Below are positions 37,840 to 47,175 of a stretch of DNA of 64,000 bases, piece by piece. This stretch comes from an uncultured Dehalococcoidaceae bacterium (GTDB lineage Bacteria; Chloroflexota; Dehalococcoidia; Dehalococcoidales; RBG-16-60-22), in assembly GCA_964595455.1 (NCBI GenBank), contig CAZQQL010000002.1, positions 725-64,724 of the forward strand, in the 5' to 3' direction. The position numbers and the translations under genes were made by a program. The notes beneath the pieces were generated by a model. It saw nothing but the letters and a program-made list of their open reading frames with translations. It did no database searches and was not told where the DNA came from. Position 1 is the first letter of the stretch. Each line of letters opens with the position of its first letter.

Positions 37840-37903
37840 ACAACCTCGCCGGAGGTTATTTAGGGGTAAACACCCATGTGATATGGTGGGCAATACAGTA
37901 GCC

Positions 37904-37946
37904 GGTGTGACGTCAGTACTATATTCTGGTAGTAAATAGTCACACC
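37904..37946. promoter_or_regulatory. 8-bp inverted repeat upstream of the LuxR-type regulator gene
   Basis: GGTGTGAC (37904-37911) and GTCACACC (37939-37946) bracket an AT-rich TACTATATT segment, about 30 nt upstream of the ATG at 37978. Confidence 0.3.
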
Positions 37947-37977
37947 ACTACTCAGGACTAAGGCAGGAGGACCTGAT

Positions 37978-38655
37978 ATGGGATCCAGGAAGAATATAAC
38001 GATACTCAGCCCCCAGATTTTGTTCCGGAACGGCCTCGAACACATCCTCTCCGCCGAACCCTCTTTTCAGCTTATCGGTTCGGTGGACTTCAACAACGGG
38101 GTCGAACATGTGCTGGAGAAAATGCCACCGGATACCGCCATTATCGATGTCGATGGCACGCCGGACCTCGGCTTCAACATTGCGCAGAGGATCAAGCACC
38201 GCCTTCCCAACGTCGGTATCGTCATCTTCTCTTCCAATCCCAGTGACGAGCAGCTTTTCCTCGCTCTGAAAGCCCAGGCTTCCGCTTACCTGAGCAAGGA
38301 AGCCAGCACCGAGGAGATCATCAAAACCATTACGCTCGTATCGGACGGCGGTTATCCCATCAACGAAAGTCTGCACACCAAGCCGAAGGTCGCCGAGCAG
38401 GTACTACAGAAGTTCCAGCAGCTTTCTCTCAATGCCGAGACGGAAAACGTCCTCTCACCGCTTACACCCCGCGAGACGCAGATCCTGAAGCTTATTGCTG
38501 AAGGATATCTTAACAAGCAGATCGCCGCTACCCTGGATATCAGCGAACAGACCATCAAGAACCACGTGACGTCGATCCTGCGTAAGTTGAATGCCAACGC
38601 CCGCACGGAGGCTGTGGTCATCGCCATCCGGCAGGGCCTTATTACTATCGACTAG
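37978..38655 (+). CDS. NarL/LuxR-family response regulator with atypical receiver domain
   Basis: C-terminal LTPRETQILKLIAEGYLNKQIAATLDISEQTIKNHVTSILRKLNA. The receiver has IIDVD (phospho-Asp position), but the N-terminal acidic pair reads ILSPQ instead of DD. Confidence 0.8.
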   Translation: MGSRKNITILSPQILFRNGLEHILSAEPSFQLIGSVDFNNGVEHVLEKMPPDTAIIDVDGTPDLGFNIAQRIKHRLPNVGIVIFSSNPSDEQLFLALKAQASAYLSKEASTEEIIKTITLVSDGGYPINESLHTKPKVAEQVLQKFQQLSLNAETENVLSPLTPRETQILKLIAEGYLNKQIAATLDISEQTIKNHVTSILRKLNANARTEAVVIAIRQGLITID

Positions 38656-38780
38656 CTCTTTCTGGGAGAAAAATTTGGAATTATGAGCGGCAGCCGGGAA
38701 TAATCCGGCTGCCGTTTTTTGTATCCGGAACGCCGTACTGGTTATACTACGGTAGAATGTTTTCCCGGGAGAGTTCCAGA

Positions 38781-39728
38781 ATGGCAAAAAAAATACTGCA
38801 AGACCTTCTCAGAGAATCCAGGAGCTGTGTCGTGGCGCCGTGCGTGTATGATTGCGCCTCGGCCCGGGCGGTGGAACTAGTCGGCTTCAAGGCGATGATG
38901 CTGAGCGGCGGAGAACTGTCTCTCGCCATGAACGGCGTAGTCGATTACGGCTTCACCAATCTTACTGACATCGAGTGGATGGTCAGCCGGCTCAGCCAGT
39001 CCTCACCCCTGGCCCTGGCGGTAGATATAGAAGACGGCTTCGGCGGTCCACTGGCTGTCTACCGGACCTGCAAGCGGCTGGTGCGGGCAGGCGCCCAGGC
39101 CCTGCAGCTTGAAGACTCCGGTGATATGGAAGAATCTACCATGCTGCTCCCGCGGGAGCAGTACTATGCCAAGGTCGAAGCCGCGGTAGCCGCCCTGAAA
39201 GGCACGAACTGCATACTGATCGCACGGACGAATGCCGATCCCGCCACCCAGCTCGATGAAGGCTGCGATCGGTGTAAAAGAGCCGTCGAACTCGGCGCCG
39301 GGATGACCACCGTGGTCAAACTGAACAACCTTGAAGATGCGAAGTATGTCTCGAAAAAAGTGCCGGGCTGGAAGATGTACCCGGACGTCAAGGGCAGGGA
39401 CGGCGTCCCGGAGGTTATGGTGGAGGAGATATTCCCGCTTGGTTTCAACTTCATGACCATGCACTATCTTCTTAAAGCAGCCATGGACGGCATGCTCGAG
39501 CATGGCAAGAAGAACTTCGCCCAGCAGGGCGTACTCTACACGTGTGACAAAGAGGATGCCACCGGTATCCGCGGGGACAGCGCCACGCCGCTCTTCGATC
39601 CGCAGGGATACATGGAACTGGAAGGCCGGTTCACACGCAAGCGGAAGGACTATACCATCGTGGGCAACGAAGTTGAAGATTTCCCGCCGGGATTTGTGCG
39701 GAACCCCATTGACGAAAGGTTGACATAA
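38781..39728 (+). CDS. isocitrate lyase / PEP mutase superfamily enzyme (methylisocitrate lyase / carboxy-PEP mutase-like)
   Basis: APCVYDCASARAVELVGFKAMMLSGG, VDIEDGFGG, and GAQALQLED. Confidence 0.7.
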   Translation: MAKKILQDLLRESRSCVVAPCVYDCASARAVELVGFKAMMLSGGELSLAMNGVVDYGFTNLTDIEWMVSRLSQSSPLALAVDIEDGFGGPLAVYRTCKRLVRAGAQALQLEDSGDMEESTMLLPREQYYAKVEAAVAALKGTNCILIARTNADPATQLDEGCDRCKRAVELGAGMTTVVKLNNLEDAKYVSKKVPGWKMYPDVKGRDGVPEVMVEEIFPLGFNFMTMHYLLKAAMDGMLEHGKKNFAQQGVLYTCDKEDATGIRGDSATPLFDPQGYMELEGRFTRKRKDYTIVGNEVEDFPPGFVRNPIDERLT

Positions 39729-40754
39729 ATGATGTTCACCAGGCGGCACCTGGGCGATGTTCCGTTCTGCTACGCTGTCTCGACGGTGGTTGTGGGCGGC
39801 CGGACGAATCTGGTGTTCGCCTCGGAAGAACACGATGCCTGCCTGGGCTTCGATACCGAGACCTTTGAGGTGCAGACCATCTGGCGGCAGCCCGGCGGTA
39901 CCATGTCCATTGTGCCGTTACCGGGCAGGGACGGGGAGTTCCTGTCCGTCCAGGGTTTCTACCCCGGCTATGATGCCGCCGGCACGCGGGTGGTCTCCGC
40001 CCGTCTAATCCATGGTGAATGGCAGGTCGCGCAGTTGTTCCGGCTGCCTTATCTCCACCGTTTCGATATCCTGGAGCGTAACGGGACCAGGTATCTTATC
40101 TGCTGTACGTTATGTGCGCAAAAGAAAAGCGCTAAAGACTGGAGCTCGCCGGGCGCACTTTACGCCGCTGAACTGCGGGAAGACCTGACGAAGCCCATCG
40201 ATCTCAGCCGAATCGCCGGGGGTATGACCCGAAACCACGGCTACTGGAGGGTAAACAAAGACGGGTTTACCTCGGCCCTGACCGCCTGCGATCAGGGGGT
40301 GTTCGAAGTCATCCCACCCGCCGCCCGTGGCGGGGACTGGTCGGTACGTAGTGTTCTTCCGGTGCCGGTATCAGACATCGCCCTGTGCGATATCGACGGT
40401 GACGGTGTTGACGAACTCGCGACGATCGAACCGTTCCACGGTGATGTATTCAACATCTACCGCCAGACTCCAGGGGGCTGGCATCTATTCTACCGGTACC
40501 CGGAGAGCCTGCCGTTCTGCCACGTCGTCTGGGGAGGCCGCCTCAGGGGCGAGCCGGTCTTCATCGGGGGATGCCGCGGCGGCGATCGCCGGTTGTTCAT
40601 CCTGCACTGGCGGGATGGTGCGGTTCTACAACAGGTGATCGATACCGGCGGGGGACCGAGCAATGTCACCATCATTCCCGGTAGTCGCGTGGATGTTTTT
40701 GCCGTCGCTAACCGGGAGACGAACAGTGCGGATGTCTACCTTGTAGAGGATTGA
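39729..40754 (+). CDS. hypothetical protein with FG-GAP/VCBS-like beta-propeller signature
   Basis: The start ATG directly abuts the upstream TAA (TAAATG). DIALCDIDGDGVDELATIEPFHGD resembles an FG-GAP Ca-binding repeat. Confidence 0.4.
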   Translation: MMFTRRHLGDVPFCYAVSTVVVGGRTNLVFASEEHDACLGFDTETFEVQTIWRQPGGTMSIVPLPGRDGEFLSVQGFYPGYDAAGTRVVSARLIHGEWQVAQLFRLPYLHRFDILERNGTRYLICCTLCAQKKSAKDWSSPGALYAAELREDLTKPIDLSRIAGGMTRNHGYWRVNKDGFTSALTACDQGVFEVIPPAARGGDWSVRSVLPVPVSDIALCDIDGDGVDELATIEPFHGDVFNIYRQTPGGWHLFYRYPESLPFCHVVWGGRLRGEPVFIGGCRGGDRRLFILHWRDGAVLQQVIDTGGGPSNVTIIPGSRVDVFAVANRETNSADVYLVED

Positions 40755-40764
40755 GGCCGGATAT

Positions 40765-41589
40765 TCAAGCGTCCGTTCTGGCTTTGATCGGAGAGAAATC
40801 AGGTTGCCGGTAGTAGTATCCTGTCTTGATCATCGTGCTTCTGATGGCCTTGTTCGGGCAATAGCTGTAACAGGCAATGCAGTTGGCGCAATGATGGAGC
40901 CATTCCGGCCTGCCGTTGCTGAGAACGATGTTGCCGACGGGACATATTTTCACGCATGTTCCGCAACCGGTGCATGCATCGGTCACGGAAAAGGTATTGT
41001 CCAGCCGGCACAGGAGGTCTGTCCGGGCTTCGCCCGGTGTTCCATGAGCGGCTTCCATAAAAAACTTGGTGTTGGCTTTTTCTGTCAGCGGATAAACAAG
41101 TTTTTGCAGCACGTCCACGGCCCAGCTTGTCGTGTACAGCCCCTTCTGTTCCCGCTCTATCAGACGGCATATTTTCCGGGCCATGCGGCGTGAATTCCTG
41201 AATAGCGGTTCCGGCTTTTCCCAGAACTTCCTGAAGGCGTTTTGCGGCATGTGGACGCCGAACATGGCCGCCAGTCCGCCTCCGTTCGCTTTCAGATGCT
41301 CATCCAGCCGTTCGAACGAGTCCCCTCTCCCGCCGCCGTAGGTAGCCACAGCAAACACATATTTGGAGGAAAGACCCCGTAACTTACCGGTAAAATGCTC
41401 GATGATATTCGGTAGACCACCAAAATACACCGGAAACAAGATACCTGCCCGGTCCGCTTCTATCTTTATCTCACGCTGCTTCATTACGTTGGCAATGGGG
41501 ACAAGTTGTCCGCCGCAGCCTTCCGCGATGCTCCGGGCAACGTAGTAGGTGTTGCCCGTCCCGGAAAACCAGTAGATGACCGTTGACAT
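40765..41589 (-). CDS. flavodoxin-like domain fused to 2x[4Fe-4S] ferredoxin (EFR1-like)
   Basis: MSTVIYWFSGTGNTYYVARSIA N-terminus. C-terminal CTGCGTCVKICP and CANCIACYSYCP. Confidence 0.6.
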   Translation of the reverse strand: MSTVIYWFSGTGNTYYVARSIAEGCGGQLVPIANVMKQREIKIEADRAGILFPVYFGGLPNIIEHFTGKLRGLSSKYVFAVATYGGGRGDSFERLDEHLKANGGGLAAMFGVHMPQNAFRKFWEKPEPLFRNSRRMARKICRLIEREQKGLYTTSWAVDVLQKLVYPLTEKANTKFFMEAAHGTPGEARTDLLCRLDNTFSVTDACTGCGTCVKICPVGNIVLSNGRPEWLHHCANCIACYSYCPNKAIRSTMIKTGYYYRQPDFSPIKARTDA

Positions 41590-41725
41590 ACCGCCGCTCC
41601 TTTTATCTCTGAAACCGGGTTACAGCCGCATGGTACCGGACTGTTTAAAGGCTGTCAACAGCACTGATCAGATGTAACGAAAATTTCATGGCGCGAGACT
41701 TGATTTCACAGACGGAAAGGGTACA

Positions 41726-42253
41726 ATGAGGTACGTGAATACCCTGCGTACTACCTATATCGCCGGACTCTCACGAGCATTTTTCCAGGTACCGTCCCGC
41801 GTTATCCTGGGAGGGCTGCTGCTGGTAGCAGGGATTCTCAAGGTTCCTGAGACTGAGATGCTCGCCTGGGAGATCGACCAGTACCTGATACTTCCGCCTT
41901 CCCTCGTCGATCCTTTCGCCGGGGTCCTTCCTCTAGCTGAAATCGTTCTCGGCCTGCTCCTGCTGCTCGGCGTCTACACCCGCGTTACCGGTTTCTTCAG
42001 CGGGCTTCTGACCCTCAGCTTTACCATCGCAAAGCTGAAAGCTCAGATCCAGGGGCTGGACATCGAGGTCTGTCCCTGTCTCGGTCCCCTCGTTCCTCTG
42101 TTCCTCGGTCCAAGCCTGGCCATCGATGCCGTTATGCTCGTCTGCGCTTTTGTGCTGGTAGCCGGCAGGAGTGAATTCCTGGCGCTGTCGACGCTGTTCG
42201 CCCGCCGCAGAGGTGGAGATCGCATCGAGAGCGAACAACCCCCGGCTCATTGA
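41726..42253 (+). CDS. DoxX/MauE-like membrane protein
   Basis: Four hydrophobic helices. VILGGLLLVAGILKV is typical of DoxX/MauE. Confidence 0.45.
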   Translation: MRYVNTLRTTYIAGLSRAFFQVPSRVILGGLLLVAGILKVPETEMLAWEIDQYLILPPSLVDPFAGVLPLAEIVLGLLLLLGVYTRVTGFFSGLLTLSFTIAKLKAQIQGLDIEVCPCLGPLVPLFLGPSLAIDAVMLVCAFVLVAGRSEFLALSTLFARRRGGDRIESEQPPAH

Positions 42254-42333
42254 GTCCTTCTAACCGGAGCGAAAGTAAAGCGTATTGTGCGCCTGCGGAC
42301 TACGGTTAGGTCAACAGTGTATTTCACCGGCTA

Positions 42334-42376
42334 TTGACAAACAGCGGATACTGACGTAACATGTACGCGAAGGGAC
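42334..42376 (+). promoter_or_regulatory. promoter plus conserved leader box, copy A
   Basis: TTGACA (42334-42339), 17-nt spacer, TAACAT (42357-42362), then GTACGCGAAGGGAC. GTG start 8 nt further on. Confidence 0.45.
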
Positions 42377-42383
42377 AACAAAG

Positions 42384-42821
42384 GTGCGCATAGTATCATT
42401 TCCAGTCATCAACCAGAAACTCGATTTTCGCCAGGAAATCGAGATAACGTTCCAGTGTCCGGCCTGTTTTGCCATTGAGACGCTATTCATGGAGGAAGGC
42501 ATAATCACACGGACGCCGCACTGGACACAGGTGAAAGACCGCGTCTACCATCGCAACTGCCGGCAGCCGGCCCGGCTCATCAACATGTCGCGCCGTGTCG
42601 TCCTTACGCCGGCCGGCGCTATGGATGTTATGCTCCGGTTTATGCGGCAGCGGCGGGTGACGCCCGGCCAACTTGCGTCTCAAGTCGGTGTCAGCCACAT
42701 CACGGTGAAACGGTGGATTTCAGGCCGGTCCCGCCCCAACCGAACCTCAAGGGAACGCATTGCCGGTTACATGGGAGTACCGCTTAAGACTATATTTCCA
42801 CAGGAGATTTGTAATAAATGA
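42384..42821 (+). CDS. zinc-ribbon-like N-terminus fused to XRE-type HTH
   Basis: CPAC ... HRNC, then GQLASQVGVSHITVKRWISGRSRPNRTSRERIAGYMGVPLKTIF. The HTH is paralogous to those of 45231 and 46797. Confidence 0.6.
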   Translation: MRIVSFPVINQKLDFRQEIEITFQCPACFAIETLFMEEGIITRTPHWTQVKDRVYHRNCRQPARLINMSRRVVLTPAGAMDVMLRFMRQRRVTPGQLASQVGVSHITVKRWISGRSRPNRTSRERIAGYMGVPLKTIFPQEICNK

Positions 42822-43123
42822 TGTCCGCCAACAGTAGATTGCTGGCAACAGCGATCAGAAACCAGAGGATCCTGCATGGGTTCATGCAGACCGAGCTATC
42901 CCGGGTGTCCGGTATCCCGGCTGCGGAGATAAGCCGGGTGGAACGTGGCCGCCTTTTTCCCTCCGCGGAGTTTCTCATGAAAATCTCCGCTATCCTGGGC
43001 ATCGACCGCTCCCGGCTGCTAATGTGCGCCGCTTTCGTAGCCCTCGGTGAACCACGGATTAGACCGGGTTCGCTCTATGATATCCTCGATGCTTTCCGGT
43101 ATGTCTCCGGACTAACCGAGTAG
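42818..43123 (+). CDS. XRE-family HTH protein (101 aa)
   Basis: FMQTELSRVSGIPAAEISRVERGRLFPSAEFLMKISAILGI. Start overlaps the upstream stop (ATGA). Confidence 0.7.
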   Translation: MMSANSRLLATAIRNQRILHGFMQTELSRVSGIPAAEISRVERGRLFPSAEFLMKISAILGIDRSRLLMCAAFVALGEPRIRPGSLYDILDAFRYVSGLTE

Positions 43124-43238
43124 ATTATCGTTAGTACCGGTTGCAACCTGACAGGTCTGTCACGTAACATAGTAGTGTAAGTCTCCTTGTGCAGAATCGG
43201 GTAACGCGGCTTAATATCGGTGGCTTCGCAGAGGTAAC

Positions 43239-44180
43239 ATGTCTGAAAACAACGCTTCACGGATGATCGAATACGGTGAGAAGGGTGGGACCGACCCGGA
43301 CGGCCGTTATTCCCTGTGTTGCGCCATCGGCAACACGCCGCTTCTGAGACTCGGTAACGTATATGCCAAGTTGGAATGCCTCAATCCGGGCGGCAGCATC
43401 AAGGACCGGGTGGCGCTGGAGATCATCGAAAGCGCAGAACGGCGCGGCGAACTGAAACCCGGTTATACCATCGTCGAAGCCAGTAGCGGCAACACCGGTA
43501 TCTCCCTGGCCATGGTCGGGGCCATCAAAGGGTATAAGGTGGTCATCGTCATGCCGGAGAATATGAGCCACGAGCGGGTTCTCATTATGAAATCCCTCGG
43601 GGCCGAGGTATTGCTCACGTCAAAGAGCGGCAGCCTCAAGGAAGCCATCGAGAAAACCGAGGAACTCGCCCGCCGTCCGGACGTTTTCCTTGCCCGCCAG
43701 TTCGCCAACCCTGATAACTTCAAGGCACAGGAAAAAACCGGTGAGGAGATCATCCGGGAGATCGGCGCGTGCGATGCCGTCGTTGCCGGCGTCGGGACCG
43801 GCGGTACGCTGATGGGTATATCTCATGCCATGCGGAAGGTCAACCCGGACGTGAAAGTTATCGCCGTAGAGCCGGAAGAAGCCGCGGTGATGTTTGGCGG
43901 CAGCGACGTCAAGATACGCGAACACAAGATACAGGGCATCGGAGACGGGTTTATCCCCAAACTGATCGACATGGAAAAGGTCGATGAGGTCGTTACCGTT
44001 ACCAGTGAAGAAGCAATCGATACCACCAAGAGGCTTTTCCGGGAATACGGCATCCTCATCGGCATCAGTTCCGGCGCGAACATGGCCGTGGCGAAAAAGA
44101 TCTGCCGGGACTACGAAAAAGTTGCCACCGTGTTCCCAGACAGGGCGGAACGTTACCTGAGCATGGATCTGCTAAAGTAA
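43239..44180 (+). CDS. cysK: cysteine synthase / O-acetylserine sulfhydrylase (PLP-dependent)
   Basis: GNTPLLRL, LECLNPGGSIKDR (PLP Lys), SSGNTGISLA, and GTGGTLMG. Confidence 0.85.
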   Translation: MSENNASRMIEYGEKGGTDPDGRYSLCCAIGNTPLLRLGNVYAKLECLNPGGSIKDRVALEIIESAERRGELKPGYTIVEASSGNTGISLAMVGAIKGYKVVIVMPENMSHERVLIMKSLGAEVLLTSKSGSLKEAIEKTEELARRPDVFLARQFANPDNFKAQEKTGEEIIREIGACDAVVAGVGTGGTLMGISHAMRKVNPDVKVIAVEPEEAAVMFGGSDVKIREHKIQGIGDGFIPKLIDMEKVDEVVTVTSEEAIDTTKRLFREYGILIGISSGANMAVAKKICRDYEKVATVFPDRAERYLSMDLLK

Positions 44181-44909
44181 GCCCAGGCTTTCTATTCGTT
44201 CCTGCACGGCTTCCTCGGTGACCTGGTATTGCTCCGCCAGAATGGAGATATCCGGGCAGGCAGCCCGGCTTTTCTCGAACCATTTCTTCGGCATCAGGAT
44301 GTGCAGGGCAAAGTTGTCCGCCAGCAGTTCATTGAATACCCCCTTCGTGCTGCCCCGCTTTTTGAAGATAGGCGTTGCCTTGCAATGGGCCAGGACATGA
44401 AACGCTTCATGAAAAAGCGTCTCCCGCTGCTTGAAGGGGTTGTCGTTCGCATTCAGATAAATGACCCAGCCTTCTTTCGTTTTCCAGATCGCGCCATGGT
44501 AGGCCTTCATGGGGATGGTGCGTACTTCTATGTCACAGGAGCGGTCCATGATGGAAATCAGCGTCGAAGGCACCGGGGGGTTTTTGATTTTCCCTTTTTC
44601 CAGCCAGCTTTCCGAGAGCATTGACAGCAGTTCGTAGATCCTGCCCGGTTTCAGGCTCTCCAGGAAACCCGGGTTCGAACTCCGGCAGAAGGTCTCTTTT
44701 GCCTGACCGTCCGCACAGGAACTCCCGGCGGGACAGTAGCAGAGCGTGCTTTTGTCCTGCCGCTCGGCTGAGATGTTGTACATCGGGCAGGCGCATTTAC
44801 CGGTACTTTCCCGGAGCGAGCAGGTCCGGTATACCGGGCAACTCGTGCCGTCACCGGTGCTGACATAGTGCCAGAATTCCGTTTCCCATTCCATAGCGCG
44901 CGTCTGCAT
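44172..44909 (-). CDS. ImmA/IrrE-family zinc metallopeptidase with Cys-rich N-terminal region
   Basis: HEAFHVLAH (HExxH) in the C-terminal half. N-terminal 70 aa carry 9 Cys (SCPVYRTCSL..GKCACP..LCYCPAGSSC..FC). Lies downstream of an XRE gene on the same strand. Confidence 0.65.
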   Translation of the reverse strand: MQTRAMEWETEFWHYVSTGDGTSCPVYRTCSLRESTGKCACPMYNISAERQDKSTLCYCPAGSSCADGQAKETFCRSSNPGFLESLKPGRIYELLSMLSESWLEKGKIKNPPVPSTLISIMDRSCDIEVRTIPMKAYHGAIWKTKEGWVIYLNANDNPFKQRETLFHEAFHVLAHCKATPIFKKRGSTKGVFNELLADNFALHILMPKKWFEKSRAACPDISILAEQYQVTEEAVQERIESLGLL

Positions 44910-45029
44910 AACAATATCCTTCTTACGTCAATAACGGGATTCTTGCTCGACCGAGCGGACGCCGGTATACCAGCATCCGTCCTCCTCCCGATTTCGCAAA
45001 CGAATGAACCGCAGATAATGCTTAGGTGC

Positions 45030-45043
45030 GTTACTATAGTAAC
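45030..45043. promoter_or_regulatory. perfect 14-bp palindrome in the ImmA-like upstream region
   Basis: GTTACTATAGTAAC. On the minus strand it overlaps the spacer and -10 of a TTGCAA-N17-TAGTAA promoter-like pair. Confidence 0.35.
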
Positions 45044-45230
45044 CCATACGTAGTTGCAAAGTAATAAATCCGAACGGAAATAAGTTGAAAATGTATGACA
45101 TTTTTAGCGGATGCTGTCAGCAAGGAAGAAATGAATCAGCCCTTCGATAATGGAAACAATAGATATGTACGGACCACGGACGCGCCCGTACCATCAGGAA
45201 AGCATGGGGGCCGACGGGTGGAGGCTGACC

Positions 45231-45611
45231 TTATTGGTTCTGTTTTGGTGTACGCCGGCGGCGCTGTGCGGCCCGCTGCTGGCGGCGGCGCTCGATGAGG
45301 TCTTCGATCATGGTGATGATGTCCTCGTCAAGTTCCTGGGGGTATTTTTGCTGGGCGTATTCCCGGAATTCCGGCCAGGCCGTCGCCGGCATATCGCTGA
45401 ACTGTGCGATGTGGCCGGCCGCGGCCAGGACTTCTTCAACCGGGACGCCGGCATACTCGGCCAGGACACGGCAGGAACGGGTACTCGGAACGTCCTTACC
45501 GGTTAACCAACGGTGCATTGTGGCATGACTGACCTGGATGTCAGCGGCCAGCTGGCTGGCCAGTTTTTTTCTTCTTCTCATGAGGTCCTGGAGGAACTCA
45601 ATAATGTCCAT
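45231..45611 (-). CDS. XRE-type HTH regulator (126 aa)
   Basis: SQLAADIQVSHATMHRWLTGKDVPSTRSCRVLAEYAGVPVEEVLAAAGHI. Close paralog of 46797..47132. Confidence 0.7.
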   Translation of the reverse strand: MDIIEFLQDLMRRRKKLASQLAADIQVSHATMHRWLTGKDVPSTRSCRVLAEYAGVPVEEVLAAAGHIAQFSDMPATAWPEFREYAQQKYPQELDEDIITMIEDLIERRRQQRAAQRRRRTPKQNQ

Positions 45612-45640
45612 TCGTATCGCCCTCGTATCCTTGGGGAACC

Positions 45641-45690
45641 TTATATGTCCCTCTGTGTAAATGGTATAATAAATGTAATTTGCCTGTCAA
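45641..45690 (-). promoter_or_regulatory. promoter plus conserved leader box, copy F (minus strand)
   Basis: The minus strand reads TTGACAGGCAAATTACATTTATTATACCATTTACACAGAGGGACATATAA. It shares the 11-mer AGGGACATATA with copy B. Confidence 0.35.
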
Positions 45691-45733
45691 TATGGGGTAA
45701 CCTGCCATTACGTGCCGGGGTTTCCTCTAGCCA

Positions 45734-45778
45734 TTGACAAACAATGCTATCGGTGTTACAGTATGTACGCATACGCAC
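45734..45778 (+). promoter_or_regulatory. promoter plus conserved leader box, copy C
   Basis: CCATTGACAAAC (as in copy A, CTATTGACAAAC), TACAGT/CAGTAT as the -10, then GTACGCATACGCAC. Followed by the ACGTACGT palindrome. Confidence 0.4.
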
Positions 45779-45818
45779 ATGATACGTACGTTAGATAACG
45801 CTCTACGGTGAGGTACGT

Positions 45819-46709
45819 ATGAAACTGAGACAATCTATTATTCGCATTCTGCTCGGGGCTTTTTGCCTTTCACTATTTTCTCTTGCCGCCTGCGCGGATG
45901 CTCCCCCGGTTATTTCATCTGTCACGGCCGAAGCAGGTACCGTCCGCGGTGGTGATGAAGTGCGGGTCTCCTGTCAGGCGACGGACCCGGAAGGCGGCGC
46001 GCTGGAGTATATCTGGACCGCCAGCGCCGGAGACATCGTTTCTCAATCGCCTTTCGCGGAATGGACTGCCCCCGATGAGGCCGGACCTTACGAGATACGA
46101 GTCAGCGTACGGGACGGGAAAGGCAACGAAACGAAGGATGCTGTTATTGTTTATGTTGCCGCCAACCTGCCGCCGCGGATTGATAGCCTCCTCGCCGATC
46201 CATCTCCCGTCGGAGAAGGGCAGCAGTGTTTCCTGAAATGCGGCGCCGAAGATCCGGAAGGCGATACCATAACCTACAATTGGGAAACGGAAGAAGGTAC
46301 CCTGTCCGGGGCCGGGCCGGTCGTTTCCTGGACCACGCCTTATGATGTCAATTCTTCCGTCATCAAGGTCACGGTGACGGACATCCAGGGGCAGTCGGCA
46401 ACGATGACGGTGAATGTAAGCATCGTCCCCAACCATGATCCCAAGATAGACATGCTTACTGCCACTCCCCGGAGCATGACGCCTGGCGTCGAGAGCATTT
46501 TGCAATGTGTCGCTGTGGATATCGATGGCGATCCATTGGAATACTCCTGGACGGTTGACGGCGGTACACTGCACGGTTCCGGCAGTGACGTAACGTGGAC
46601 CGCGCCGGAAGAATGCGGCACGTACATCGTGACAGTGACGGTAACAGACGGGCGGCATGGTAAGGCAGTCCAGGAACAGGTCTTGAGGGTCGCGAAATCC
46701 GGGGGCTGA
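45819..46709 (+). CDS. lipoprotein with three tandem ~95-aa Ig/PKD-like repeats
   Basis: Signal peptide with lipobox (FSLAAC). Three repeats share PPxI..[LV].A.P......[VL].C.A.DP[ED]GD.[IL].Y.W....G.[LI].G.G..V.WT.P...G.Y.[IV].V.V.D. Confidence 0.65.
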   Translation: MKLRQSIIRILLGAFCLSLFSLAACADAPPVISSVTAEAGTVRGGDEVRVSCQATDPEGGALEYIWTASAGDIVSQSPFAEWTAPDEAGPYEIRVSVRDGKGNETKDAVIVYVAANLPPRIDSLLADPSPVGEGQQCFLKCGAEDPEGDTITYNWETEEGTLSGAGPVVSWTTPYDVNSSVIKVTVTDIQGQSATMTVNVSIVPNHDPKIDMLTATPRSMTPGVESILQCVAVDIDGDPLEYSWTVDGGTLHGSGSDVTWTAPEECGTYIVTVTVTDGRHGKAVQEQVLRVAKSGG

Positions 46710-46796
46710 GGGGGCTAACATTTCCGGCGGTCTGCCGGTAAAACTCCTGTAATGATCCGGAAGGTCCACACGAAGTGATAGTGCGGGTTGCGTGTG

Positions 46797-47132
46797 TCAG
46801 TCGCTAGGATTCTGCTGCCGTTCTCCCGTGTAGGCGGCTGAGGGAATATGGCCGGCGCTGCGCAAGATTGTTTCCAGAGGCGTGCCGCTGAACTCGGCCA
46901 GCCGGTAGCATGACCTTGCTGAAGGAACATCGTCTCCCTTGAGCCAGCGCCCCACGGTGGCATGGCTTACTCCCAATTTCAAGGCCAGCCGATTGGCTGT
47001 CAATTGCCGGTCACGTAATAGATCCGCCAGCAGAGTCCGTATAGGAACGTATACATTACTCATACGGACATTGTCCGCCATAACTGCCGTTTTGTCAATA
47101 GTCACCGCCTGTTTCGTGCTTGAAAAGTCCAT
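46797..47132 (-). CDS. XRE-type HTH regulator (111 aa)
   Basis: NRLALKLGVSHATVGRWLKGDDVPSARSCYRLAEFSGTPLETILRSAGHIP. Confidence 0.7.
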   Translation of the reverse strand: MDFSSTKQAVTIDKTAVMADNVRMSNVYVPIRTLLADLLRDRQLTANRLALKLGVSHATVGRWLKGDDVPSARSCYRLAEFSGTPLETILRSAGHIPSAAYTGERQQNPSD

Positions 47133-47139
47133 TACCCTC

Positions 47140-47152
47140 TGACAAATTGTCA
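47140..47152. promoter_or_regulatory. 13-bp palindromic operator candidate
   Basis: TGACAA-A-TTGTCA lies 8 nt upstream of the 46797..47132 start codon and 24 nt from the CCCTTGACAACG -35 box of the divergent promoter B. Confidence 0.45.
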
Positions 47153-47175
47153 GGAATATTTTATATAAAATGCCC

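Noticed and set aside
44630-44665. tRNA-like T-arm string GGGTTCGAACTCCGG.
   Set aside because: It lies inside the ImmA-like coding region, with no acceptor or anticodon stem complementarity around it. No convincing tRNA was found anywhere in the window.
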